From Flectonema sp. DT1601 (lineage: Eukaryota): a stretch of 64,000 nucleotides of DNA. Shown here piece after piece: positions 44,842 through 56,121 of this stretch. Made by a program: the position numbers and the translations under genes. How positions within the stretch are numbered: position 1 is the first letter of the stretch; each line of letters opens with the position of its first letter. The notes under the pieces are model-generated. The model saw only the letters and a program-made list of their open reading frames with translations. It was not told the DNA's origin and searched no databases. The stretch is taken from assembly GCA_964019425.1 (NCBI GenBank), contig OZ025799.1:744001-808000 (forward strand), read 5' to 3'.

Positions 44842-46025
44842 TGAATAAATAATATTGTGCTGCTACTTGGAAGTAACTTTGACATGAAATTCACCCTCAC
44901 ACGATACCAACAAATTTAGGGGTATTACGGCTCACTATATTTCATAAACCTTTCCTGTTGTGAATATAATAAGCAATCACAATACAGCAATATTACAACA
45001 CCTGAGTAGGGAGAGCTCATATCTTGCTTGCCTTTTTGTCAAGAATTGACAGCAGCAGAAGATACTTTATGAAACGAAAAAAAAGAAGAAAAGAAGAAAA
45101 AAAAACAAATGAAATGAAATAAATATAAGAAACGAATTCGTCCAATATATGTATGGAATGAGAATAAAGAGATAAGCAATCGTTCAAAATCAAGGCGCAG
45201 TTTTATAACAACAAGAGAGAGACACGCGCAAACAACACTGGCCATTGGACGATTAAACAAGCATCAAGAGATTGAGAAGTTCGCCACATGAAACTAATTT
45301 AAAACAAATATCAAAAAAAATATAAATTTAGTTAAAAAGAGAGAGATCGATTTTTGCAAAACCGAAGAAAAAAAAAGGGGGGAAACAAAAGTAATAAGTA
45401 AATCAAAACAAGTTGCATACTGCATATCTGACTAACTGCCTCGATAGTGCTACAACGAGATTGATCTTTTTTTTTTTAAGTGTCGGGCTTCGAAAACAGC
45501 GTAAACCAATGGTTGTCTCTGCTTTTCTAGTCGACTTTAATTGAAACACAAGAAAAATAATTTTTCAATAAAACATCATAGTCAGTATACATATGAAAAA
45601 AAAAACAAAAAAATCACACCACATCTTTACTAACACTTTTTAAAGAATAACACGCGCAACATCTGTGACTTTGCTTTTTTCATACACATACTAACATGTC
45701 AAAAAATTGGTTTAAAAAAAAAAAAAAAAAAAATCAAAACACAAGCTGCTCCTTTAATTTTAGTTAGTTAAAGTTTTGTTGAGCTTGCTTTACTGCTTTG
45801 ACTATGCTTTATTCTGTTTTTCTTTTCTATGTTTTGTCAGTTTTTTTTCTTTTTTTTTCGACGATTGATATTCACAGGTCATTTTTACTATTATATAACA
45901 CACGCTTGACTTCATCGTCATTATTAAACAAAAATAATATAATCAAACAAGAGCTTCGATAAGTCTCTATGAAACAATTAAATAAATACGTCATGATAGG
46001 ATACAACGAATAACGAAAGGCAGAT

Positions 46026-47825
46026 TTACTTTTTTTCAGGTTCCTCATCGTCCTCGAATATGAAGTCAGGAGTCTTCGGTTCCTCAAGACTGGATCTGAA
46101 CTTCTTCGGTCTCGATGACGGAACTTCAGTACCGGCTTCATCGTGAGCTTCCTTCTTCGCAGCCTTGAACTGGTCCTCAGTCACTCCCTTGCTCATGATA
46201 CCAGTTGAAGTCAGACTGTTAACCAAACCAGACTGGTAGTCAACAACAGCAGCACCAGACCACTTCTGGTGAGTCAGCGTCTCAACATCGTGCGTACGCT
46301 CCTCACGCTGGATACGCTCAACGTAAGCACGCATACCACGCTGGGCGTAGTCCTTCGTGAACGTGTCAACCATCAAAGCGTTCGAGTGGAAACCAGCGAG
46401 TGTGCAGAACTGCCAAACGAATCCGAAGCGCCCAATGTCACGAGTGAAGTTCGCCATCTCATCGTCACTCAATCCAGCGACATCCCAGTTGAATGAAGGC
46501 GAAAGGTTGTATGCGAGGAATTGCTTTGGGAACTCAGCGTGGATTCCGGCAGCGAACTGGCTCGCCTGCTTCACGTTCGGTGTGTCGGTCTCCATCCAAA
46601 GCAAGTCAGCGTGAGGAGCAAAAGCCTTAGCACGCTGAATGCAGAAGTCCATTCCAGACAAAACACGGTAGTATCCCTCCCGAGTACGAGGCTTGTACCA
46701 TGACCAGTACAATTCCGCTCCAAGGTCACTTGCCAATTCACGTGATTCTACGTGCGACAACTGCTTGTAGTTGTCATCCCACACCTTCAGCATCTCCTCG
46801 ATACTCTTGTCACGCTTTGGCAAGTTCTTCAATTCCTCAGTCACCGCTTCACCAAAAGTCATGATGTTCGCCTGCTCTCCCCACTTGGTCTGTGCCTCCA
46901 TCATCTGCTCAGGTGATGCCTGGCTCTTCTCAAGGTCACGCAACATGTCCACGAGGTTCGGGATTTCCTTGTTTCTCGTTCCCATGATGAAAGGGTGGTC
47001 ACGTGGGTCGATGTTGTTGTCGAGGAAATTAGCAGACTCCGCATCAGTTCTCGCAACAACAAGGGTCTCAGTTCCCATCACATCGCATTGCAGACGAGCA
47101 GCCTTCAGACGGTCAACGTGTTCCTGGGTGGAAACCAAAACCTTTCCTCCCATGTGACCACACTTCTTAGTTCCAGCCTTCTGATCCTCCAAGTGAACTC
47201 CAGCAGCTCCAGCCTCTACGAAAAGCTTCACCAACTTCATCAAAGCAGAGATCCCACCGTGTCCAGTGTCTCCGTCAGCAATGATTGGAGGGAAGAAGTC
47301 GACTGGTGGAGTCGCAAGACGCTCTTCCTCAGTCATGTTCGAACGCTCAAGAGCCTGCTTGCGGTTGTGGAACATCAGAGCACGGAACAACTGATCAGCC
47401 TTGTTTGGCACGGTGTCCATCGGGTAATCAGCAAGATCAGGACCCGGCTCGTTGGTCGTCGAGCAAGTCGACGATGATTGCCAACCACTCACGTAGATGG
47501 TCTCCAAGTACTTCGCCATCTGAGTAACTTGAACAGGGTCGGTACATCCAAAGGTCCACGAGGCCTTGCTCGTGTCCCAGTTGTTTTGGAACAACTTCCA
47601 TGCTTTCTTAGCAGACTCGTTGGCAAGATGGTATCTCTTGTGAGTCTCAGGGAACGTTCCACGAAGCTTCGCAACATCAGCTCCAGTGTAACCTCTGTTG
47701 ATGGTGGCGAATCTCTCGCTTCCGAACCACTCCTGAAGCTTTGCAGCGTCCTCAGCCATCGCCAAACCCTCCGGGTCTTTACCGAAGCTGTGAATGGCCC
47801 TGCGGAGTGTGTTGTTGCGCATCAT
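46026..47825 (-). CDS. ICL: Isocitrate lyase copy 1 (599 aa, distinct C-terminus EEPEKK)
   Basis: KKCGHMGGKVLV, IIADGDTGHGG, ARTDAE, AYNLSPSFNW and WQFCTLAGFH, with the eukaryote-type insertion. Confidence 0.96.
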   Translation of the reverse strand: MMRNNTLRRAIHSFGKDPEGLAMAEDAAKLQEWFGSERFATINRGYTGADVAKLRGTFPETHKRYHLANESAKKAWKLFQNNWDTSKASWTFGCTDPVQVTQMAKYLETIYVSGWQSSSTCSTTNEPGPDLADYPMDTVPNKADQLFRALMFHNRKQALERSNMTEEERLATPPVDFFPPIIADGDTGHGGISALMKLVKLFVEAGAAGVHLEDQKAGTKKCGHMGGKVLVSTQEHVDRLKAARLQCDVMGTETLVVARTDAESANFLDNNIDPRDHPFIMGTRNKEIPNLVDMLRDLEKSQASPEQMMEAQTKWGEQANIMTFGEAVTEELKNLPKRDKSIEEMLKVWDDNYKQLSHVESRELASDLGAELYWSWYKPRTREGYYRVLSGMDFCIQRAKAFAPHADLLWMETDTPNVKQASQFAAGIHAEFPKQFLAYNLSPSFNWDVAGLSDDEMANFTRDIGRFGFVWQFCTLAGFHSNALMVDTFTKDYAQRGMRAYVERIQREERTHDVETLTHQKWSGAAVVDYQSGLVNSLTSTGIMSKGVTEDQFKAAKKEAHDEAGTEVPSSRPKKFRSSLEEPKTPDFIFEDDEEPEKK

Positions 47826-48534
47826 TTTTAAAATATTTAAAACTGAGTCGGGAGTGAGGAGAACTTCATTAACAACAATCGTCAATCACACAAATAAAAA
47901 AAGTCAGACATGACCGAAGTGGTCAAAAGGGCAGGAGTCAAAGAGGATATCATACAATGCGAACAAGAAAACAACAACAAAACAAACACGCGCAGGCATT
48001 CGCAGATTGAATGATCAAAATAAAAGTGAGAGGCAAATTCAATAAAAATATTTCGACGGAGAGTCAAGCAGCTAAAGTGCTAGATGACAATAAGAATAAA
48101 AAGAGAGGAGCATAAAATTCAGTAGTTTCGAGCCTTTAACAACACTTGCTTTAACAAAACAGTAAAATTTACTCAACAGGCACACCAAAACTACTAACCG
48201 CACGTTAAATGTGTGTCAAAAGAAATGACACAAAAAAAGAACAAAAGTGAACGAAAATCATTTTGCTATGTAAACAAAAGTTCCTTCAAAATAGTTGCAA
48301 TAGAACAAACGGCATTGATTAACAACAAATCAAACATTAACCACACAATACACAGTATTCGATATGTTAACAAATAACAGCGCATGACATGGTTGTATCT
48401 CAAATACTATTTAATGACCAAATATTGGAAGGAATCTGAACCGGTTCAGTAAACTAAAAGTTTGCCGTCCCCGTTTGGAAAATATAAACACTCGCTTGAA
48501 ACACATTTTAATATAAAACAATTTAACAATTTCT

Positions 48535-50334
48535 CTACTTCTTCTCAGCAGTCTCATCGTCCTCGAATATGAAGTCAGGAGTCTTCGGTTCCTCAAGACT
48601 GGATCTGAACTTCTTCGGTCTCGATGACGGAACTTCAGTACCGGCTTCATCGTGAGCTTCCTTCTTCGCAGCCTTGAACTGGTCCTCAGTCACTCCCTTG
48701 CTCATGATACCAGTTGAAGTCAGACTGTTAACCAAACCAGACTGGTAGTCAACAACAGCAGCACCAGACCACTTCTGGTGAGTCAGCGTCTCAACATCGT
48801 GCGTACGCTCCTCACGCTGGATACGCTCAACGTAAGCACGCATACCACGCTGGGCGTAGTCCTTCGTGAACGTGTCAACCATCAAAGCGTTCGAGTGGAA
48901 ACCAGCGAGTGTGCAGAACTGCCAAACGAATCCGAAGCGCCCAATGTCACGAGTGAAGTTCGCCATCTCGTCGTCACTCAATCCAGCGACATCCCAGTTG
49001 AATGAAGGCGAAAGGTTGTATGCGAGGAATTGCTTTGGGAACTCAGCGTGGATTCCGGCAGCGAACTGGCTCGCCTGCTTCACGTTCGGTGTGTCGGTCT
49101 CCATCCAAAGCAAGTCAGCGTGAGGAGCAAAAGCCTTAGCACGCTGAATGCAGAAGTCCATTCCAGACAAAACACGGTAGTATCCCTCCCGAGTACGAGG
49201 CTTGTACCATGACCAGTACAATTCCGCTCCAAGGTCCTTAGCCAACTCACGTGACTCCATGTGTGACAACTGCTTGTAGTTGTCATCCCACACCTTCAGC
49301 ATCTCCTCGATACTCTTGTCACGCTTTGGCAAGTTCCTCAATTCCTCAGTCACCGCCTCACCGAAAGTCATGATGTTTGCCTGCTCTCCCCACTTGGTCT
49401 GTGCCTCCATCATCTGCTCAGGTGATGCCTGGCTCTTCTCAAGGTCACGCAACATGTCTACGAGGTTCGGGATTTCCTTGTTTCTCGTTCCCATGATGAA
49501 AGGGTGGTCACGTGGGTCGATGTTGTTGTCAAGGAAATTAGCAGACTCCGCATCAGTTCTCGCAACAACAAGGGTCTCAGTTCCCATCACATCGCATTGC
49601 AGACGAGCAGCCTTCAGACGGTCAACGTGTTCCTGGGTGGAAACCAAAACCTTTCCTCCCATGTGACCACACTTCTTAGTTCCAGCCTTCTGATCCTCCA
49701 AGTGAACTCCAGCAGCTCCAGCCTCTACGAAGAGCTTCACCAACTTCATCAAAGCAGAGATCCCACCGTGTCCAGTGTCTCCGTCAGCAATGATTGGAGG
49801 GAAGAAGTCGACTGGTGGAGTCGCAAGACGCTCTTCCTCAGTCATGTTCGAACGCTCAAGAGCCTGCTTGCGGTTGTGGAACATCAGAGCACGGAACAAC
49901 TGATCAGCCTTGTTTGGCACGGTGTCCATCGGGTAATCAGCAAGATCAGGACCCGGCTCGTTGGTCGTCGAGCAAGTCGACGATGATTGCCAACCACTCA
50001 CGTAGATGGTCTCCAAGTACTTCGCCATCTGAGTAACTTGAACAGGGTCGGTACATCCAAAGGTCCACGAGGCCTTGCTCGTGTCCCAGTTGTTTTGGAA
50101 CAACTTCCATGCTTTCTTAGCAGACTCGTTGGCAAGATGGTATCTCTTGTGAGTCTCAGGGAACGTTCCACGAAGCTTCGCAACATCAGCTCCAGTGTAA
50201 CCTCTGTTGATGGTGGCGAATCTCTCGCTTCCGAACCACTCCTGAAGCTTTGCAGCGTCCTCAGCCATCGCCAAACCCTCCGGATCTTTACCGAAGCTGT
50301 GAATGGCCCTGCGGAGTGTGTTGTTGCGCATCAT
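48535..50334 (-). CDS. ICL: Isocitrate lyase copy 2
   Basis: Same motifs, near-identical to the other copies. Confidence 0.96.
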   Translation of the reverse strand: MMRNNTLRRAIHSFGKDPEGLAMAEDAAKLQEWFGSERFATINRGYTGADVAKLRGTFPETHKRYHLANESAKKAWKLFQNNWDTSKASWTFGCTDPVQVTQMAKYLETIYVSGWQSSSTCSTTNEPGPDLADYPMDTVPNKADQLFRALMFHNRKQALERSNMTEEERLATPPVDFFPPIIADGDTGHGGISALMKLVKLFVEAGAAGVHLEDQKAGTKKCGHMGGKVLVSTQEHVDRLKAARLQCDVMGTETLVVARTDAESANFLDNNIDPRDHPFIMGTRNKEIPNLVDMLRDLEKSQASPEQMMEAQTKWGEQANIMTFGEAVTEELRNLPKRDKSIEEMLKVWDDNYKQLSHMESRELAKDLGAELYWSWYKPRTREGYYRVLSGMDFCIQRAKAFAPHADLLWMETDTPNVKQASQFAAGIHAEFPKQFLAYNLSPSFNWDVAGLSDDEMANFTRDIGRFGFVWQFCTLAGFHSNALMVDTFTKDYAQRGMRAYVERIQREERTHDVETLTHQKWSGAAVVDYQSGLVNSLTSTGIMSKGVTEDQFKAAKKEAHDEAGTEVPSSRPKKFRSSLEEPKTPDFIFEDDETAEKK

Positions 50335-51123
50335 TTTTAAAATATTTAAAACTGAGTGAGGAGAACTTCATTAACAACAATCGTCAATCACACAAATACA
50401 AAAAATCAGACATGACCGAATGTCAAAAGGGCAGGAGTCAAAGAGGATATCATACAATGCGAACAAGAAAACAACAACAAAACAAACACGCGCAGGCATT
50501 CGCAGATTGAATGATCAAAATAAAAGTGAGAGGCAAATTCAATAAAAATATTTCGACGGAGAGTCAAGCAGCTAAGTTTCTGGATGACAATAAGAATAAA
50601 AAGAGAGGAAAATATAAATCAGTAGTTTTGAGCCTTTAACAACACTTGCTTTAACAAAACAGACGCATAAATACGAAATTCAGGCAAACAACTAGCTTAT
50701 ATAAAATGAAACAACTTCAAGCAACTACAAAGATGAGTCTATTGCAAGCAAACATTAAATGTCTGACACGAACCCTTTACAATAGACATGAGTTGCCAAT
50801 CGATGGCGATGGATTTTTTTAAAGTAAAAATTGAAACAAACTCCGATGACGAACTTTTTAAAACACATTATCAAAAAGTCGGTAGTTAATCAGAAGTTAA
50901 ATAAGTTGCATGACAAACATATGAAGTCAAGCAAGGAATTAACAAGTAAAGCAGTACTTTACTTATATTAAGTCTTTGGAATAACATAAACACACGCATC
51001 AAATATATTCGACACAAACAATTCAATCTTTCATTTCTTTTTTTTTCATTCTTGTAACAGTGCACTCGCATGTTTCTTTCACAATAACAAAATAACAACC
51101 CAGCCTTAGTTGCGGTCTGATTT

Positions 51124-52923
51124 CTACTTCTTCTCAGCAGTCTCATCGTCCTCGAATATGAAGTCAGGAGTCTTCGGTTCCTCAAGACTGGATCTGAACT
51201 TCTTCGGTCTCGATGACGGAACTTCAGTACCGGCTTCATCGTGAGCTTCCTTCTTCGCAGCCTTGAACTGGTCCTCAGTCACTCCCTTGCTCATGATACC
51301 AGTTGAAGTCAGACTGTTAACCAAACCTGACTGGTAGTCAACAACAGCAGCACCAGACCACTTCTGGTGAGTCAGCGTCTCAACATCGTGTGTACGTTCC
51401 TCACGCTGGATACGCTCAACGTAAGCACGCATACCACGCTGGGCGTAGTCCTTCGTGAACGTGTCAACCATCAAAGCGTTCGAGTGGAAACCAGCGAGTG
51501 TGCAGAACTGCCAAACGAATCCAAAGCGCCCAATGTCACGAGTGAAGTTCGCCATCTCGTCGTCACTCAATCCAGCGACATCCCAGTTGAATGAAGGCGA
51601 AAGGTTGTATGCGAGGAATTGCTTTGGGAACTCAGCGTGGATTCCGGCAGCGAACTGGCTCGCCTGCTTCACGTTCGGTGTGTCGGTCTCCATCCAAAGC
51701 AAGTCAGCGTGAGGAGCAAAAGCCTTAGCACGCTGAATGCAGAAGTCCATTCCAGACAAAACACGGTAGTATCCCTCCCGAGTACGAGGCTTGTACCATG
51801 ACCAGTACAATTCTGCTCCAAGGTCCTTAGCCAACTCACGTGACTCCATGTGTGACAACTGCTTGTAGTTGTCATCCCACACCTTCAGCATCTCCTCGAT
51901 ACTCTTGTCACGCTTTGGCAAGTTCCTCAATTCCTCAGTCACCGCCTCACCGAAAGTCATGATGTTTGCCTGCTCTCCCCACTTGGTCTGTGCCTCCATC
52001 ATCTGCTCAGGTGATGCCTGGCTCTTCTCAAGGTCACGCAACATGTCTACGAGGTTCGGGATTTCCTTGTTTCTCGTTCCCATGATGAAAGGGTGGTCAC
52101 GTGGGTCGATGTTGTTGTCAAGGAAATTAGCAGACTCCGCATCAGTTCTCGCAACAACAAGGGTCTCAGTTCCCATCACATCGCATTGCAGACGAGCAGC
52201 CTTCAGACGGTCAACGTGTTCCTGGGTGGAAACCAAAACCTTTCCTCCCATGTGACCACACTTCTTAGTTCCAGCCTTCTGATCCTCCAAGTGAACTCCA
52301 GCAGCTCCAGCCTCTACGAAGAGCTTCACCAACTTCATCAAAGCAGAGATCCCACCGTGTCCAGTGTCTCCGTCAGCAATGATTGGAGGGAAGAAGTCGA
52401 CTGGTGGAGTCGCAAGACGCTCTTCCTCAGTCATGTTCGAACGCTCAAGAGCCTGCTTGCGGTTGTGGAACATCAGAGCACGGAACAACTGATCAGCCTT
52501 GTTTGGCACGGTGTCCATCGGGTAATCAGCAAGATCAGGACCCGGCTCGTTGGTCGTCGAGCAAGTCGACGATGATTGCCAACCACTCACGTAGATGGTC
52601 TCCAAGTACTTCGCCATCTGAGTAACTTGAACAGGGTCGGTACATCCAAAGGTCCACGAGGCCTTGCTCGTGTCCCAGTTGTTTTGGAACAACTTCCATG
52701 CTTTCTTAGCAGACTCGTTGGCAAGATGGTATCTCTTGTGAGTCTCAGGGAACGTTCCACGAAGCTTCGCAACATCAGCTCCAGTGTAACCTCTGTTGAT
52801 GGTGGCGAATCTCTCGCTTCCGAACCACTCCTGAAGCTTCGCAGCGTCCTCAGCCATCGCCAAACCCTCCGGGTCTTTACCGAAGCTGTGAATGGCCCTG
52901 CGGAGTGTGTTGTTGCGCATCAT
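51124..52923 (-). CDS. ICL: Isocitrate lyase copy 3
   Basis: Same motifs; start MMRNNT at 52923. Confidence 0.96.
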   Translation of the reverse strand: MMRNNTLRRAIHSFGKDPEGLAMAEDAAKLQEWFGSERFATINRGYTGADVAKLRGTFPETHKRYHLANESAKKAWKLFQNNWDTSKASWTFGCTDPVQVTQMAKYLETIYVSGWQSSSTCSTTNEPGPDLADYPMDTVPNKADQLFRALMFHNRKQALERSNMTEEERLATPPVDFFPPIIADGDTGHGGISALMKLVKLFVEAGAAGVHLEDQKAGTKKCGHMGGKVLVSTQEHVDRLKAARLQCDVMGTETLVVARTDAESANFLDNNIDPRDHPFIMGTRNKEIPNLVDMLRDLEKSQASPEQMMEAQTKWGEQANIMTFGEAVTEELRNLPKRDKSIEEMLKVWDDNYKQLSHMESRELAKDLGAELYWSWYKPRTREGYYRVLSGMDFCIQRAKAFAPHADLLWMETDTPNVKQASQFAAGIHAEFPKQFLAYNLSPSFNWDVAGLSDDEMANFTRDIGRFGFVWQFCTLAGFHSNALMVDTFTKDYAQRGMRAYVERIQREERTHDVETLTHQKWSGAAVVDYQSGLVNSLTSTGIMSKGVTEDQFKAAKKEAHDEAGTEVPSSRPKKFRSSLEEPKTPDFIFEDDETAEKK

Positions 52924-53619
52924 TTTTGAAAGATTACGGTAAATACAAACTGAATAGATGGAACTAAATGTAAACCTTCTCAAATACTTAGGTACTCAAA
53001 CAATACAACCATGAAGATTATCAAAAGTGAAATTATTTAAGGCGAACAGGGGAACACAAATAAAAACAGGAATACCACGCGCAAGTATTCGCAACTTAAA
53101 TAACGTCAACAGCAGCAAAAAGAGAGGAAGAGCTTGTTGTAAGCAATGAGAAAAGGGAGGAAAACAAGAAAACAAAAACGCCAATAACATAACCCATGCT
53201 AAGGTAAACATGCGAATGAAAACATCCTGAAGGCAACATACTATTTTTTTCTTCTTTCGAGTATGACCACAGGCTCTGTATTACGGAATAGTATCGCTTT
53301 AATTATCTAATTAATTTTGAACAAACACGACATCAATAATTGATGGACAGTCGTCGTTGTGTTATTCAGTTGACTTTTTTATGAAACAGTTAGAATTTCT
53401 TTTTTTTAAAATCCTTAATAAAACATTAGAAACTTTAGTTGACATAAAATCAAATAACGTCCTGTTGTGTCATTAAGGTGAATACGACATTAGTATAGAA
53501 TGGGTTTTTTCTTTTTTTTTTTTTCTTCTTTTTTTTTGTAACAGTGCACTCGCATGTTTCATTCACAATAACAAAATAATTAGCCAGCCTTATTGGTGGT
53601 TTCATTGATGAGTTTATTT

Positions 53620-55419
53620 CTACTTCTTCTCAGCAGTCTCATCGTCCTCGAATATGAAGTCAGGAGTCTTCGGTTCCTCAAGACTGGATCTGAACTTCTT
53701 CGGTCTCGATGACGGAACTTCAGTACCGGCTTCATCGTGAGCTTCCTTCTTCGCAGCCTTGAACTGGTCCTCAGTCACTCCCTTGCTCATGATACCAGTT
53801 GAAGTCAGACTGTTAACCAAACCAGACTGGTAGTCAACAACAGCAGCACCAGACCACTTCTGGTGAGTCAGCGTCTCAACATCGTGCGTACGCTCCTCAC
53901 GCTGGATACGCTCAACGTAAGCACGCATACCACGCTGGGCGTAGTCCTTCGTGAACGTGTCAACCATCAAAGCGTTCGAGTGGAAACCAGCGAGTGTGCA
54001 GAACTGCCAAACGAATCCAAAGCGCCCAATGTCACGAGTGAAGTTCGCCATCTCGTCGTCACTCAATCCAGCGACATCCCAGTTGAATGAAGGCGAAAGG
54101 TTGTATGCGAGGAACTGCTTTGGGAACTCAGCGTGGATTCCGGCAGCGAACTGGCTCGCCTGCTTCACGTTCGGTGTGTCGGTCTCCATCCAAAGCAAGT
54201 CAGCGTGAGGAGCAAAAGCCTTAGCACGCTGAATGCAGAAGTCCATTCCAGACAAAACACGGTAGTATCCCTCCCGAGTACGAGGCTTGTACCATGACCA
54301 GTACAATTCTGCTCCAAGGTCCTTAGCCAACTCACGTGATTCCATGTGTGACAACTGCTTGTAGTTGTCATCCCACACCTTCAGCATCTCCTCGATACTC
54401 TTGTCACGCTTTGGCAAGTTCTTCAATTCCTCAGTCACCGCCTCACCGAAAGTCATGATGTTCGCCTGCTCTCCCCACTTGGTCTGTGCCTCCATCATCT
54501 GCTCAGGTGATGCCTGGCTCTTCTCAAGGTCACGCAACATGTCTACGAGGTTCGGGATCTCCTTGTTTCTCGTTCCCATGATGAAAGGGTGGTCACGTGG
54601 GTCGATGTTGTTGTCAAGGAAATTAGCAGACTCCGCATCAGTTCTCGCAACAACAAGGGTCTCAGTTCCCATCACATCGCATTGCAGACGAGCAGCCTTC
54701 AGACGGTCAACGTGTTCCTGGGTGGAAACCAAAACCTTTCCTCCCATGTGACCACACTTCTTAGTTCCAGCCTTCTGATCCTCCAAGTGAACTCCAGCAG
54801 CTCCAGCCTCTACGAAGAGCTTCACCAACTTCATCAAAGCAGAGATCCCACCGTGTCCAGTGTCTCCGTCAGCAATGATTGGAGGGAAGAAGTCGACTGG
54901 TGGGGTCGCAAGACGCTCTTCCTCAGTCATGTTCGAACGCTCAAGAGCCTGCTTGCGGTTGTGGAACATCAGAGCACGGAACAACTGATCAGCCTTGTTT
55001 GGCACGGTGTCCATCGGGTAATCAGCAAGATCAGGACCCGGCTCGTTGGTCGTCGAGCAAGTCGACGATGATTGCCAACCACTCACGTAGATGGTCTCCA
55101 AGTACTTCGCCATCTGAGTAACTTGAACAGGGTCAGTACATCCAAAGGTCCACGAGGCCTTGCTCGTGTCCCAGTTGTTTTGGAACAACTTCCATGCTTT
55201 CTTAGCAGACTCGTTGGCAAGATGGTATCTCTTGTGAGTCTCAGGGAACGTTCCACGAAGCTTCGCAACATCAGCTCCAGTGTAACCTCTGTTGATGGTG
55301 GCGAATCTCTCGCTTCCGAACCACTCCTGAAGCTTTGCAGCGTCCTCAGCCATCGCCAAACCCTCCGGATCTTTACCGAAGCTGTGAATGGCCCTGCGGA
55401 GTGTGTTGTTGCGCATCAT
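53620..55419 (-). CDS. ICL: Isocitrate lyase copy 4
   Basis: Same motifs. Confidence 0.96.
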   Translation of the reverse strand: MMRNNTLRRAIHSFGKDPEGLAMAEDAAKLQEWFGSERFATINRGYTGADVAKLRGTFPETHKRYHLANESAKKAWKLFQNNWDTSKASWTFGCTDPVQVTQMAKYLETIYVSGWQSSSTCSTTNEPGPDLADYPMDTVPNKADQLFRALMFHNRKQALERSNMTEEERLATPPVDFFPPIIADGDTGHGGISALMKLVKLFVEAGAAGVHLEDQKAGTKKCGHMGGKVLVSTQEHVDRLKAARLQCDVMGTETLVVARTDAESANFLDNNIDPRDHPFIMGTRNKEIPNLVDMLRDLEKSQASPEQMMEAQTKWGEQANIMTFGEAVTEELKNLPKRDKSIEEMLKVWDDNYKQLSHMESRELAKDLGAELYWSWYKPRTREGYYRVLSGMDFCIQRAKAFAPHADLLWMETDTPNVKQASQFAAGIHAEFPKQFLAYNLSPSFNWDVAGLSDDEMANFTRDIGRFGFVWQFCTLAGFHSNALMVDTFTKDYAQRGMRAYVERIQREERTHDVETLTHQKWSGAAVVDYQSGLVNSLTSTGIMSKGVTEDQFKAAKKEAHDEAGTEVPSSRPKKFRSSLEEPKTPDFIFEDDETAEKK

Positions 55420-56121
55420 TTTTAAAATATTTAAAACTGAGTGAGGAGAACTTCATTAACAACAATCGTCAATCACACAAATAAAAAAAGTCAGACATGA
55501 CCGAAGATGTCAAAAGGGCAGGAGTCAAAGAGGATATCATACAATGCGAACAAGAAAACAACAACAAAACAAACACGCGCAGGCATTCGCAGATTGAATG
55601 ATCAAAATAAAAGTGAGAGGCAAATTCAATAAAAATATTTCGACGGAGAGTCAAGCAGCTAAAGTGCTAGATGACAATAAGAATAAAAAGAGAGGAGCAT
55701 AAAATTCAGTAGTTTCGAGCCTTTAACAACACTTGCTTTAACAAAACAGTAAAATTTACTCAACAGGCACACCAAAACTACTAACCGCACGTTAAATGTG
55801 TGTCAAAATAAATGACATAAAAAAAGAACAAAAGTGAACGAAAATCATTTTGCTATGTAAACAAAAGTTCCTTCAAAATAGTTGCAATAGAACAAACGGC
55901 ATTGATTAACAACAAATCAAACATTAACCACACAATACACAGTATTCGATATGTTAACAAATAACAGCGCATGACATGGTTGTATCTCAAATACTATTTA
56001 ATGACCAAATATTGGAAGGAATCTGAACCGGTTCAGTAAACTAAAAGTTTGCCGTCCCCGTTTGGAAAATATAAACACTCGCTTGAAACACATTTCAATA
56101 TAAAACAATTTAACAATTTCT

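Noticed and set aside
46026..47825. 2-methylisocitrate lyase call, suggested by the mitochondrial presequence
   Set aside because: KKCGHM and WQFCTLAG match the ICL pattern rather than fungal MCL. Dual activity is not excluded.
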